Assembly (NCBI GenBank): GCA_052426225.1
Contig: JBNJNM010000008.1
Location: 930,001 to 994,000, forward strand
From: Zancudomyces culisetae HAW-14-8
Lineage: Eukaryota; Fungi; Kickxellomycota
DNA: 64,000 nucleotides
Direction: 5' to 3'
The notes below the pieces were generated by a model. It was not told the origin of the DNA, ran no database searches, and saw only the letters and a list, made by a program, of their open reading frames with translations. Positions 13,559 to 28,300 of the stretch are shown here, one piece after another. Within the stretch, counting starts at the first letter, position 1; each line of letters opens with the position of its first letter. A program made the translations under genes and the position numbers.

Positions 13559-16500
13559 TTATAACTCAAACTTCAAAGTTGCATTGAGTTGGACAAGAAC
13601 GCCTTGAAGTAAGTGCTCTGTAGCGCCTATGGCCATTGAGCTAACAACTCCTTCGACTGCCTTTTCAGTTTCTGTCTTTTTTCTTTCAGTATTTGACTCT
13701 GACGAACCTATTGTATTATACGCTTACTTTGAGTACATACTTTCCTTAGACTCTTATGTACATAACGTAAATAAGCATGTGATAAGCTCACACTCACCTC
13801 TGATTTTTGTACCAGTCACATTGTAATACATTCTAGAAATTTCCATATCAAGCCACGAGTCTTTGAAATGTTCTAGTGTCGATGATGCCTATAGAAACAT
13901 TTAGCAATTTAGAATGCCTACCACATTCACTGTTCTGTTTTTTTATTTTTACTGTTGAAAAATCGATATTATTTGAATCGACTATTGTAAAACTTCACTT
14001 ACAAGATTATATGCACATTTTATTTCCTCTGATCCAATCTGCTCTACCTGGTTCCCACTATAAGATAGCAGGTGTAAAGTTGAGGGTAAATGTGTTTCAA
14101 TCGTGCTTTGAAGTAACAACTCATCGTATGCTTTTAAAATTGCAGCCTGTGCCATAAATCTTTTGAGTCTAAATGATATAAGCTCTTCTCTTATATGTGA
14201 ATGTACGGAATCTTCCTGACATCCAAGTGGATCTACAATTTTTGATATCAAGAGGTTTTTAAATCCATGTTTCTCATATACCCTGAATAGAATAATCTAA
14301 TTATTTAAGTAAGAGGTAAAGCAAATGCAGCTATTAAAATAGCAGCAAAGGTTAGGCTACTTATTGTGCTTATAGTCAAAAATTACCTTTTTTTGCATAA
14401 CTGAGATCGAGAATAATTGTACCAACGTTCTTTAGCCCCAGTGATATAAATCTATAAATCATCTCTTGGCGAGCCTTCACCTCAAATGGCCAATCTAAAT
14501 TTTGAGACTTTTTGGTTGTTCTGCGAGAAGTGTGTTTCAAGTTTTTATGCATAAACTCTATGTTTAAATCGGTATCATTTTCGCTTGATGAGATCCTTCC
14601 ATCCTTGAATACAATTTCCGCCAGAGCCGAGGTATCAAAGCTGCAGGCATAGTCATGATACCACGCATCAAAGCTTTTGTTTACTGAATACGCAAACATG
14701 TGTTCTGCAAGTATACAAACCTTCCTGCTGAATTTCAATATTCCAATCATATTATCATCAAGATTGTTGAATGGACTGTTTTCTCTAATCAACTTTAGCC
14801 TATCTACTGTTCTTGTTGAAATAAACTTGGTGTCTTTAACAAAGTACTCTGATTTTGGGTCAAGAAACTTATTATCTGATTTGTCCTTTATCTCAAAATC
14901 GGAAACAACGGGATACTCCTTTTCCTCCACCCTACCCTCTGATTCTGAAAGCCTCTTGAATGTGTTTATAGGCGATCTTTGACCAGTGTTTGCTACCAGA
15001 CTTTTTATCGAAAGCGTATGGCTGCCTCCATCAGGTTTATATCCAGCTGTATCTACCTTAATAGTGCCCCTACTGCTTAAATTATTAATTTCGTTTGATT
15101 TTAAAGTATAATCGCCCATTTTTCTTGTTTCATTGAGACTATCAGCATTCATATTGTATTTTCTCCGTGAATTTTGTGGAATTTGCATCATATATTCTGA
15201 CTGTGACCAGGTGCTCATTTCACTCGCTTTCCGATCTACTTTAATAGAAATTTGTTATTATTATATTACTTTTTTCCTAATTTTAGTCGAGTTTGCATCA
15301 TTATTTTTTTCAAAGAATTTGCACTTAAGATGAATTTTCTTTTAACAGAGTACAATACATGGTATTGATAAAAGTACTTCGATAAATGCTCACACACCAA
15401 CATACTTAAAGAAAATTCAATATCTATTTACATTTCTTTAAAATACAACAATATATATACATGTATATATAAAAATTACCTTTATTCAGCTCCAGATGAG
15501 ATATATTTAGCTTTATATCTTCACCAACAGACCGATTTTTAATATCATATTGAAAAAGTTCTTTCTGTGTACTTTTTTTCCTGTAAGAAGTCAAGCTCGC
15601 ATTCTTTGCCGTATTTTTACCGTTTCCAAACATTTTGGAACCTAAATTTAGCTTTGACTTTTTACCAGAAGCAAGCGTTTTTTCTGCGTTTACTTTGTTG
15701 CATAAAAGTATCAAGACAGATAGTTTTCCAGCAACACTTATTAGTACCAACCATATCCTCAATATCTGTGTTTCAATTCTTAGTTCACGCGATGTAAAAT
15801 TATCAATCTTTTCCAGAAGGTTTAGCAAGCCCGCAGAATCAGCCAACCTACTCCACACATACTTAAAATCTTCGGGTGATATATTGCCAAACATATTTGG
15901 GTACTCAACCTCCTCTTTCAAGAAAAAATCTGCAAATTTACCACTATATTTTGCGCTACCCACAGTAAATACATTATGCCTTTTTGAGCGTAGCTGCCTA
16001 ATCATATTTATGTTTTTGAGCTGTTCTCGTACAATGGATAGCTTTTTGGATATTAAATCCTTTACAGGCAAAACAGAGTTAAAATAAGTTGCGTCGTCAC
16101 ATAGTTTATCAAAATTCAGCACTTTATCCTCCAATCTTTTGATGAAGTTTATAAGAAATATATAGAACCTTTCAAAGTTTTTCAAGTCGGTTACATTTTC
16201 GGTAATATCATCACTAAACATAGTGCTGTATTCACGCATATCAGTGTAGCAAGATTTTTCCAAGTGCTTAAACAGCAGATAGTAACTCGACCGCAATGTT
16301 TTGTTGCTCTGGTATATTCGATTTATCCAGCTTATCCCTTGAAGTGAAACAGAAACAGCCAGTACATAGTATAAATATAGTTTTTCATACCCGTACTTTG
16401 TGTACATGGCTACCTGATTGATTTCCGCCTCAACATCAGTATGTTTACTCCCAAACATGCCTTGCGGATTTAACTCGGTGTGTTTAAGAATATCAGCTGT

Positions 16501-19500
16501 ATCAATTATGCTTTTATCCATAATACTCTTTTCGAAAATGTAATCTAGATAACCTTGTTTTTTTTCCAGTATGCTGATTAGTATATTGGAAACGGATAAA
16601 GCTCGTAGCAAACTTCTCATTGCATTTGAAAACTTTTTTGTACATAGCTTCAAAACTATAAGTTCGGGACTGTTCTCCGAGTATTCATTAGAATCCGGGG
16701 TGGTAAAGGTTCCTAACAAATACCAAGAGGTTATTGGTGGGCTTAGATCGATCGTTAATCCATTCATGTTAAGCTCAGAATATGCCACCAGCCTGGCCAG
16801 CATATTTTTGTCTGGCTTAAAATAGCTGTCTATCGATTCAGCTACAAACCTGTAAACGTAACCATAGGTGAACTTGCTTTCGTTTGCTTTAAATCGGCTC
16901 GAAAAGACTAGTGTGTGTTTTTTTTTCCAAAAATTTGTTTCCTCTATGCATTTTTCTCTTTTGAATGTTGCTATAAAGACCATCATTACCATATAAATTT
17001 TCCCTGGATAGCTGTGGAATCCACTCTTCACCTGCTTCCTCACCCGCTCTTCTAGAGTCGACCAGAGCCGGGATACTAATATTTATATTATTGTTTTCGT
17101 TTGATTTTTTTTCTAAACCACCTACAAAACTTGATTTTGCTCTGATACGAGGGTCGTTATACCTTTCCTCAAAATCTGATGGTTTATGTTCATCTTGCCA
17201 TTTGTATTTAGATTTCAACCCAGTAATAATATTATACTGCGACTTGAATTTCTTTACTATTCTGTTGGATTGTAGAGAAAATCTATTGAGCTCATTTGTA
17301 ATCAGCTTTGTAGCCGACCTAATGTAAGAAAGAGCATAATAGCATGAAATTACGTTGGAGGTAATATACAAACTGTTCAAGCATCTATTGAGATAGTTCG
17401 ATACATATTCAATCCCTGTCAATCCAAGAATCTCATCAAAGCTGTCTTTGGAGTCTGTAAGCATTTTTATAAGCAGCTGGAGCTTTTCAAAGGTTATTTT
17501 TACTTCCATTTTCATGTTCCTTTGCATCTTTTCCCTGTTAGAAAAAAACACGTAATTTTTATTAAACTTCTTATTCGAGATTTTAATGAAGGAGTCTACA
17601 AGCAAGAGTATTCCTTTTAGATCTACATTCTGGTAATCAAGTATGCTGTACACCAACTCTCCAAATACTGAAAAGTACTTTCTTTGCTGTGAAAACACTA
17701 CCGGTTCTGTATTCCTTACAGTTAAATAAACAATTGCCATTATGTCACCATGCTGTAGATTCCTTAATTTTTTAAAGTTTCGATGCTCATTGCTCGCAAC
17801 CTTTGAACTCTGCTGTTCTCTGATGTTTTTATTAAGACCCAGGTAGAAGCCTGCATCAAACAAATAAAAATCCGTTTGATTGTCGCGCTCAAACGCCAGT
17901 ATATATGCGGTTGCAAATTCCACATATGGCCCTATCGTCTTTAACTTTACCAAAAATGTCTCATTGGATAGCAGTACCCTGTATAGCTTTTTCAATGGTG
18001 ATTGCAAAATCAGCTGTATTGCTTTTATGTCCCCCAGGTCGTTGTTTTTCACCTTATTCTCCTCATAAAACTGCTCCTTTTGCATTCCCAGTAGTATTTT
18101 TTTTGATACTTTCTTCAAGATATCAAACAAATTTGCGCCCAGTACTGAGCTGCTAAATTCTCTATTGTCTTCTTCTTGACCTCTGTTGAACGAATAGACA
18201 AAAACATGTTCAAAAAACTCCGAAAACGCGTCGTTGAGTATGAGATTATAAAAGTACTCACAAATAAGATACTCAACTTTGGGTACAAGCACTTTCTCAT
18301 CAAAGCTACTGATTAAAAATTTAAGGCTCCTGGATTCACCTCCTTGCGTAGTTTGAACTCTAAAAAACGAGAGGTAGTACAACATATGGTATACCACTGT
18401 TATACTACACGTGTTTGATACTACATTCGAAGCCTTATGTGTTAAGATACATCTGCAAATCTCAACCACAAGCTCTTTATCCTTAAGAATTATATCCTTT
18501 AAAAGAAGGCCACATACAACCTCAGTAGCCTTCAATGTAAGTGTTAATAGTCTGGTGCTATTGGATTCGTACTTGTATAAATAAATATAGAAACATACCA
18601 GCCAATGCCTCCACAGACGCTTGGGATAACTGCTAAATATGTTCGGTGTAGTTATTACCTTTAAAATGATATCTATGACGTGAAAATTAAACGGCGATAT
18701 CGTTTCACACCAATCCTTAAACGAAAGAACAACTTTTTCTGATTTTTCATTAGTGGCGTAAAATGTTTTTGCCAGCCTGAATATTTTTTCTTTTTGCGAC
18801 AAAATTGATGATCGTTCGCCCTTTTTCAGTATGACTTTTTTTTGTTTTTTTATTTCCGAGCTCGCTATCTTTTTTATTTTAAAATAACCGTGTTTGATGT
18901 TAAATATTGTGGATGATCCTGCTACCATCGGGGGTGCCTTCCCATTGTCCTCTGAATTATTTAAGCTTGAAATTTTGATTTTTTGTGACGAATTTTTGTT
19001 GTAGTTTTGCAAAGAAAGGCTATTTCTCTCTTTTATAATTCCAAGTGGGTTTTCGCTTGGTTTATTCATTAAATCAGGTCTCTGGTTTATGCTTTCAGTA
19101 CCTGCGCTGCTTGTAGGGGAGACCAAAACCTTTTCTTGTTGTGATACCAGCGTACTGGTGTCATCATTGCTTTTCAAAGAATCTGCTTTGAGATTTCCTG
19201 ATTTTCTCTCAGGTGGTTTTAATAGAGAACCTCTAAGCTTGACCTTTTGTGCAGATTTTCTGGGACCAAAGAAGCGTGGTCTCTTAAATAAATGCGAAGT
19301 ACCTCTCACCTTTTTAGTAAGAGGTTTTTTGCTATTACCATCTCCTGAACTCAATATATGCTCAATTGACCCCCATGCTCCGTTTACAAGGGCCTCCATT
19401 AATGTGAGTAACCTAGGAAGGTATTTCATCCTGGCCTTTCGTGCAGAATAATTACCTAATTTTTTGACTTTTTCAAACTCATTCTGGTAAGAATTGAAGA

Positions 19501-20212
19501 GGTTAAGCGCCGAACAAAACGTTTCGTTATTTATTGCTGGATCAAAGTTATATACAGTATACTTGATGTTATCCTCGTCCTGCACTGATATTTTTACCGT
19601 ATCGTAACCCAAAAATATCCCCAATATCATTTTGACATCCAGTGCATGCTTATTTAGGATGGGTTTTCCTACCGAAAGGTACTTGAGTATCAACTCAAGA
19701 ACTAGCAGTTTTTGCCCAATTAGTTTTTTATCTTTAAAATCAACAGCACATCTCTCAAACTTCAGCTTGAAAAATCTTTTGCTTCTTAACTCGTATTTTA
19801 AAAACTTGGTATTAAATCTTCCGGCTTTGTTAAACAACGTTATTAGCGTACCAAACGAAAGAAACTGATGAGGTATAGATGTATCAAAAACTATTTTTAG
19901 CAGATCAATCAACTCGTTTATTTCATCATCGTCCTCCAGTGATACCACAATTTCCTGTAAAAGTAAGCTGATTCTGTTCAGGATAATTGGTGATTGCTTT
20001 TCAAAAATACCTTTTATAACCACGTTACAAAACGGCGCTGGAGAAGTAAAGATGGAACACACTCTTTTAAACTCCTCATATACTTCTTTTTTTTCCTCTT
20101 CGGTAAGTGTGGGTTTTCCAAACAATCTAAATAAACCCAATGTTATTTGCGAATCCTCGTCTTCTTTGAACCCATCCTGAACAAAGACGTCGTTTTCGGT
20201 AAAGGTTGCCAT
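13559..20212 (-). CDS. Large hypothetical protein (~2000 aa, probably mostly helical); proposed exons 20212-16990, 16907-15480, 15235-14427, 14296-14003, 13888-13798, 13707-13559
   Basis: Four long same-strand ORFs can be joined by phase-compatible GT-AG introns into one reading frame. No family recognised. The junctions at ~16.9 kb and ~14.4 kb are the least certain. Confidence 0.6.
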
Positions 20213-22326
20213 TTTATGTGTAGCTCATGTATCAGCCTTGCCTTTAGTTATAGCTATGGCTATAGTTTTTTTTCTTGGTTTTTGTTTGAATTATCCTATT
20301 AATAGCTACACCAGCGAATAATTAGTATTTACATTTGGTATATCCGACTATTTTAGTGGTATATATCACCTAGTAGACGAAAAACGTGTTGAATTTAAAT
20401 TATATTTATAAATTAGTCAAAGTATATTGATGCATTGCTTTTTATGTAAAAACTGTCTGTAATTCTATTTAAAGGCACCATTCTTTTTTTTCGTTGAAAC
20501 AGAAAATTATATAACACGCCAGCTCCTCCTTCCCCCCCCCCCCCCCCCCTCTTCCAAGAAATGAGTAATTAGAAACAGAAAGAGGGGATCTGCATTAATA
20601 AGACTTGAAATGTATTTGTGGTTGTCTAATAGGTAGGATATATCAAAACCTGGTGCGAATACCTTTTGGCAAATTAATATCAACCTGCAATAATTAAAAT
20701 TGCTCTAGACAGAGGGGGAAGGAGGGGGAGTAGTCATTTTCTGACTTTTTGTAAAGTAAATACACCAATTACCTCACAATCAGCAGTTAAGGAAAATTTT
20801 TCTTTCTACCTCATGGAGTTTAGCTCTAAGCTTGCACACAGTTCACAACCCGTGGTTGAGGGTGGGCTGGATTCTTTTGTTTTGAGCTTGCCAGCTTAAG
20901 CTATCGTTAGTTGAAAAAAAGAATAAAAAACTATAGCAAGAAAAAAAAAGTATAAATAGCCCATAATTGGAACTGGGAAGCACTAGAAGCAAGGAAAATG
21001 AAATATACAATTGAGAGTGTCGTTTATTATGCAAATGTACTATATACTATTCAGCTAACCCTGACAAATATACATAACCATACTAAATTGCATTATAAGA
21101 TATTAATTAATCGTAAATACAATAATTATCAGCTATGTTGAATTTAATTTGTAGTAAAACCTACAACTGAGGGAGGGAAGAGTAGTTAGTTGTGCACTGG
21201 AATGAAAAGAATAGGAAGCAAAGTATGACGTTAGTAGCTGGTGTGTTTTTTTTTTTTTCAAACGAAGCTAGGGTAGATGTAAATTCAAGCCATGGTTATG
21301 TAAAGAAAAGTCTACTTGAAAGAGAGATCCCTAACTATTGTTATTTTTAGCATTCTTATTTTCCTTTAGTATATATAAAGTAGGAAAAAAGATATTTTTT
21401 ATTATTTTCCTCAACCTTTGGACAGATAAGTGTACTTCTTGGGGAGGAGTTGGTTGGTTAGAAACGCAAAGTATGTATTCCACAAGCAAGCTTAAGCATT
21501 AACCATTAGCCTTATTAATATACCTAGCAGAAAAACTTGTTTACCACAATACCACGCTTCCAACCGATTCTTAAAGCCTGAGCACTTGTAGCTTACTCTT
21601 AATCCTTATTCTTTTACCCTTCAGGCTTTTCCCCTATACCTTTGTGTCATAATCTTTTCACTCTCCTATTGAAAAAAAAAGTAGTTATTGAACCATGCTG
21701 TATGGTGTAAACTCCGTAACCAATACATAGGAGGATTATGATTTTATAATTCATTCGATAAAGAGGTACAATAGCTATGCAAATAGTATATAGATGTGAA
21801 GAGTGTAGTGCTAATGAAACGAGAATGATGAAAACCCGCTCCCTATGTTACAAACAAATGCTGATTCATTTTATAACATTTTTTTTCCTACTTTTATATA
21901 TTGACAATTCCCATGTATTTTTTAGATAAAAAGAATGAACATTCACCAAAGTGCAAGAATAAAAAAGGCCCAAAAAGCAATATCATGTAAAAATGATGGC
22001 ACTGAAAATAAGGGAAGGAGGGAAACTTTTAGAAATTTACGAATTCTTGGATTTCAGGGATTTACAACAGGAATATAAAACGCATAAAATACAAAAACAC
22101 TTTTAACTCTGAAAATATAAATGGTAAAAACAGGGGGAAAACGCGTAAACACAGCACTTTTTTCTTTTTACCACTTTGTTGCAAAAACAGACGTATACAT
22201 AATTACTTATACATACTAAAGGTAGAGTGGAGCTTGTAAAGGCATTATCTCTTTGGCCTTTCTTTTTTATGCATTGTATAAAGGTAAAAACACTAGAACA
22301 AATAAATAGAAACACGAGGTGAAAGG

Positions 22327-25300
22327 ATGCTTTTGTGGAAAGGCTCAAATAACGAGCTTAGTGTGTGTCGACGGTATGGAGCACTATCAGGGATTATGGG
22401 CGTGCTATATCAGCTAGAAAGACTTGTTCTGTTTGTAGCTGTTTTTTCAGGAGGGATAGCATATGCAATTGACACAAGAGATGGTGTTAGTATCACCAGC
22501 AACTCTTTTGAGAATAAACTAGTAGACCTAAAATATTTTGAAGAAGGCAAGGTGATTTTGGGGCTTGAGGAGAGCGTGGGCACAATCCACATTTCTCATG
22601 ATTCAGGGGAAACATGGGAGAGTGTTAAGGCGATTAGTGGAGCAGCACATATAGAAATACATCCATATGCCAAGAGTACGGCGATTGTTTTAACAGAAGG
22701 GAAAACCCACTACATTACAAGGGATCTAGGGAAAAACTGGACATTGTTTTCTACACCTGAAAAGCCAGCACTACAGGGTAAACACCCACTACAATTCAAT
22801 GCGGCAAACAGCGAATATATTATATACACTGGTGAGAAATGCACAAACAAATGGAAAGGAGTCACCTATAAGCAAAAATGCCAACCCGAGTGGTACTATA
22901 CAGTTACTGGTTTTAGAGAAGAGGTGGGAAGTGTGAAACAGATTTTGCCAACTGGGCGGACAGCTGGGAAGTGCATTTGGGGGAAATCAATGCCAGGGAT
23001 TGAGGCTGTATCCCAAAAAATGTTGATATGTACTGAAAATGAACATACTTCTGATAATGTAAATGAGAGAGAGACGAGCCTGGGAGCACGAGCTATAGTT
23101 TCCGAGGACTTTTTTGAAACAGAAAAGGAGATAAAATTCAGAATAAACAGCACCAAAGACCATGTTGTGGACGTGTTTGCGCTGAATCAATATTTGGTGA
23201 TGGTATTGAGTAAGGAAACACATGGGGATGTGGAGAGACGAGAGACGCAGGATGTTATTGTTTCTACTGACGGCAAGGATTGGGTACAAAGCATTTTTGC
23301 TGAAGAGACAGGAAAAGACAGTAGCATTTCAGCGTTTGTACCTACACAACCATTTATGCAGCTTTTAGCGCAATCGGATGGGGGAGAAGCAGATATATAT
23401 CGATGTGACTCAAGTGGTAGACAGTTCATGAGAGTACTAAGCAGGATTAGCGTAAATAAGGACGGAGAAGCGGAAATTAGTACAGTGAAGGGAGTTGAAG
23501 GCGTTTTTATAGCAAATGTGGTTGAAAGTGGGGTTTCAGGTCTTATTTCGAAGAAAAAAGTAAAGAGAACCAAGATTACGTTTGATGGAGGAATTAGTTG
23601 GAGGTATCTAGAGGCACCTGATAAGGATATACAAGGCAAAAGCTATAGTTGTGGAGTATTCGAAAAAGATAGGGAAGGGAGATGTGCTTTGCATTTACAA
23701 GCAATGAAAACACAGGCAAACAAGCACTTCGAAACAGGTACAGAGATGGCACCAGGATTGATGGTAGGGGTGGGTACAGTGGGGGATAGGGTAGCAGAGT
23801 TAGATAGATGTGATACGTTCATATCAGAGGATGGAGGAGTCACATGGAAAGCAGGATTGGAGGGAGCGTATATGCATGGAATTACAGGAACAGGACAAGG
23901 TATTGTGATGGTCAAAACTGGGGAAGAAATTAGCGAGTTTAAGTATTCATTGGATAGAGGGAGGACATGGAAATCAGGGGAGTTAGGGTATAAACTAAAA
24001 GTAATGGGGTTAATTTCAGGACGCAATGTAAAAGAGGATAGTGTGGTTGTGGTTGGAGAAAAGACATCGAATAAGGGGGTTTTGGGAGGATCAAAGTATG
24101 TGATGGTAAAAATTGAGGTGAAAAGATGGGAAAGGGAGTGTGAAGTAAATAAAGAAAGCCCAGGAAGAAGTGATGATGTGGAAATATTCCAATTTGGAGG
24201 AACAGCAACAGCAACGGGTGGGTGTGTAATGGGAGTAAAAACACAGTATTTGCGGCGTAAAGCCGAGGCAGACTGTAAAATTACGGGAGAGAACAAGATG
24301 GTATTTAAGACAGAGATATGTGAGTGTATCGATGCTGATTTTGAGTGCGAGTATGGATTTTTGAGTGCAGGCGAGGGCAAGTGTGTAGCAAAAACCTCAC
24401 CAGAACCAGGAGCTAAAGATTGTAGGAATGGGGAAAAGACGTATTTTGGTAGTTCAGGATATAAGAAAAGGGTAGGAAATAAGTGTAAAGGGGGAAAAGC
24501 GGATGGTAAGGACAAACCGGTAGAATATCAATGTGAAGAGACAAAGAGTGGTGGTGATAGTTTTGGAATCCAATCGACGATGGAAATGGGAGCCAAGGCA
24601 GATGCTAATATTGAACATAGCAGTAAAACGTTTTTGAAGCTGAAGGATATTACACCATTCAAAAACACAAGTCATATTGTAGTGGTAGACAAGAAAGGAA
24701 AACTTTTCCATAGTGGAGATAACGGGAAGAAATGGGAAGAAATTTCGATAGAAAAGGAGTTGGGGAAGGAAGCTGAGATGGCGAAGATTATAACGGATCC
24801 ATATGTGAAGGGAAGAGGGTTTGGGATGACTAGTAGTGGAGAGATCTTGGTAACAGAGGATGCGGGAGCAAGTTGGAAACAAAAGTTCAAATTGCCAGAA
24901 AAGCCAAGTGTGTTGAATGTAGAACAGGTAATGGATTTCCATATGGACAATCCGGATTGGATATTGTTTATTGGAAGTACAGAATGCCCCAAGTGTTATA
25001 CAACAGCATATATTAGTTTTGATTTTGGCAAGAATTGGAAAAAGATAGCAACATATGTAGAGAAATGTGTGTTTGGAAAGGTGGAGAAGTTTAAGATAGC
25101 ATCCAAGGCATCAGTGATATGTAGTGTATGGCATGAAAGCAAAGGATACCAAGATGAGTTGCAAAAAGAAAGAAAGAGCAACTACATAGAGATGGTTATA
25201 ATAGATGGGGAGAGAGCCAGCAATAAGCAAGTGTTGGAGCGAGGGTCGAACGGACATGTGACAGGGTTTTTGGTGTACTCAAAGTACTTGATATATTCAA

Positions 25301-28300
25301 GTGAAGTGGATTATTTGAACGAGGACAATGTGGTAGCTCGGCAAGTAGAATTACGTATTTCAACAGATGGAAAGAAGGTAGTAGTTCCTGAGCTTCCGCC
25401 AAATATGCCACCAGGACTTCGAGAAAACGGATATACATTGTTACAGACGAACTCGGGAGGATTACTGCTAGATGTGGAAGAAAAAGTGGAGGGCAAAGAA
25501 AAGGAAAATGCAATAGTATGGGGGACGCTTTTGGCTAGCAATGAAGAGGGTACAGCGTTTCATGTTGTACTTGAAAAAACCAATCGAAACATGTATGGAG
25601 ATGTTGATGTAGAGAATGTGAGTGGAGTTGATGGAGTGATAATAGCAAACCGAATCATCAACACCGAGGCAGCAGGACAGATAGGAATAGCCAAAAACCT
25701 ACAAACGGTGATTAGTTATGATGATGGATATACGTGGCAGCCAATTATGGCAGTGAGCGAAGAAGAAGAACAAAAGGGAACTAAGAAAAGCAACCTCAAG
25801 ATGTGTGAGGGATGCTCAATTCATTTGCGGGGACGGGCAGTTGCAGGACAGAGTGGAGGGCTTTATGGAGTAAATTCGGCACCAGGATACTGGATTGGAG
25901 TGGGGAGTGTAGGAACGTATTTTGATAAAAGTAGCGAGATGAGTATGTTTATAACAACGGATGCGGGAAGAAGCTGGAACCAACTTGCAGAGGGAGAACA
26001 GCTATACGAATGGGGAGACTATGGAGGAATTTTGGTGATGACAGACAAGACGGCAAACACACTAAAATATACAATGGATATGGGCAAAACAGTGTCTGAA
26101 TACAAGTTTAGTTCAGAACGAATGGCAATAAGAGCGATTTGGAATGGATACAAGTCGATTGGATCGCAATTTTTGATAGTGGGCAAAACGGAAACAGACA
26201 ATAGCGAACTTGTTCATGTGGATTTCAGTAAAATGGAAGTAGAAAAGTGTTCAGCTACTGATTTCCAGAGCCTTAAAAACCCAATGTGTTATATGGGTGA
26301 GCAACGAAGCTATTCAGTACGAAAACCAAATGTGGTTTGTCGAGCCAATCCAAATCCCGAACTGGGTGATGGAGGACTTGAAAGGGATTCAAAGGTACCA
26401 GAAACGCAAGTGGACGAGTGTCGTTGCTCACGAATAGATTTTGAATGCGAAAGTGGATTTTGGTTGAATGGAAACGGTGAGTGTGAGTTGATTGGGCAGG
26501 ATGTTGACCAGCCAGCCAACTGCAAACCAGGTACAAAGTATTTAGGACGGTCAGGGTATGTTAGGAAGAAGGGGACAAAGTGTACAGGAGGAAAAGAATA
26601 TTCAGGAAAAGTAGAGCGGATATGTGGAGCAGCAGGCGGTATTGTAATCCACTCGACAAAGCTTGATACAGGAGTGGAGAGTATAGAGTATTTTGCCAAT
26701 TCAGACCATGCGATTATGATAACCAAAACGCACAAAATGTTGGTATCAAAGGATGGAGGAAAGAGTTGGGCCGATGCAGAAGGAATCGGAGCAGCAAATG
26801 TGCTTGGAGTTGACATGGATCCGTTTTTTAAGGATTCGGCTATTGTAGTGACAGATTCTGAAACGGCGTATCTTACTCATGATTTAGGAAGCAACTTTGT
26901 CAAAATCAAACTACCAGCAAAACCAAGTATTCGAGACTGGCCAGTGCTACGACACCATAAGGATCGCCAAGAAGTGATGGTGTATTTGGGACGACAAGAC
27001 GGCTGTTCCTTGAGTGAAAATATGATTTTGCCACATCGTGGAAGGTGCAGTACAAAGGCGTACTACACAACTGATGGAGGTGTGACCTGGGAGACCATTG
27101 ATGGGGATCTCGGACGTGGTGGTTGTTACTTTGTGCGCCGCAGGGACACGTTTGGCCATTTGGGTACACGACTGGTGTGTTCGTTTGTGCCGCCAACTTC
27201 CTCATCCAAAAACTTTATGATTGAGGCAAGCGATAGTTACTTTAAACATGACCGAAAACAATTGTCCAATTCGGCAGTGGATATGACGTATGATGGCTCT
27301 TACTTTGTTATTCCTGAATCGTATCCAATAACAAGAGGTCTTTTACAACTCAAACTCAGTATGGATGGCCAAAGCACTGCCTATGCACATTTCCCAGGTG
27401 ATAAATATACACTCAGATCTGCCTATACTGTGTTGAGTACCTCTGATTTTGCTGGAAGTGTAATGCTACACATGACTGAAAGCGATCGAGCTGGAATGGA
27501 GTACGGAACTCTGTATATTAGTAATTCAAATGGTACGTATTACAAAAAGGCATTGGAACATGTTAACCGCAACAAGGACGGCTATGTCGACTTTGAAATG
27601 ATAGCTGGAATGAATTCTACGATTCTGGCCAATATAGTTACCAACCACAATTCGGTATTTGGAAGTAAAAAAAAACAGCTGCGTACTGTGATTTCTGTTG
27701 ATGCTGGCTCTACTTGGCGGTATCTCAATGCTCCCAAAAAACCACTAAAAGGCAAAAGCTATGGCTGCAATGTCAAAAAGAACGAGGTTTGTGGGTTGAA
27801 TCTTCATGGATTTACGCAGGTTAGCGATTCGCAAAACATTTATTCAGCCTCTGGTGCTGTAGGCTTGGTTATGGGAATTGGAAATGTCGGTGCTCAGTTG
27901 GGTTCTATTGAAGATTCGTCACTGTTTTTGTCACGTGATGGCGGGTTTACATTCAACCAAGTCAGCACAGGACCAAAGCTCTTTGAATTTGCTGACCATG
28001 GTGCAATTTTGGTGATTTGCGACAGACTCTTGCCAATAAACTATGTAGAATACTCGTTGGATTTTGGAATAACGTGGAACAAACTGATGTTTGAAAATGA
28101 GCGGGTACTGACCCCCGAGACGTTGACAACTGAGGAGTCTAGCACTACACGGAAAATGGTGCTTGTAGCGAGCGTGCCGGGTTTGGCCAAAACAGTAGTG
28201 ATGAATCTTGATTTTACTGGTGCACAGCCGCGAATGTGCCACTTTGATCCGGCGGACGAGCCCAACAACCGCAACAAGGACGACTTTGAGTTGTGGACAC

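Noticed and set aside
14283-14426. Apparent phase mismatch at the A7 run before donor 14386
   Set aside because: The alternative pair GTTGGT (14426) and AATTAG (14297) restores the frame; unresolved without RNA data but not evidence of recoding.
16889-17043. Overlap of the 1107-aa and 539-aa ORFs across an A9 run, suggesting a programmed frameshift
   Set aside because: An 82-nt intron GTAATG...CACTAG (16989-16908) joins them in phase, so no recoding is needed.
23187-26816. Long antisense ORFs (up to 290 aa) opposite VPS10, and similar ones opposite DNA2 and the gag-pol genes
   Set aside because: Shadow ORFs caused by sense-strand codon bias; Pro/Ser/Leu/Phe-rich with no motifs.
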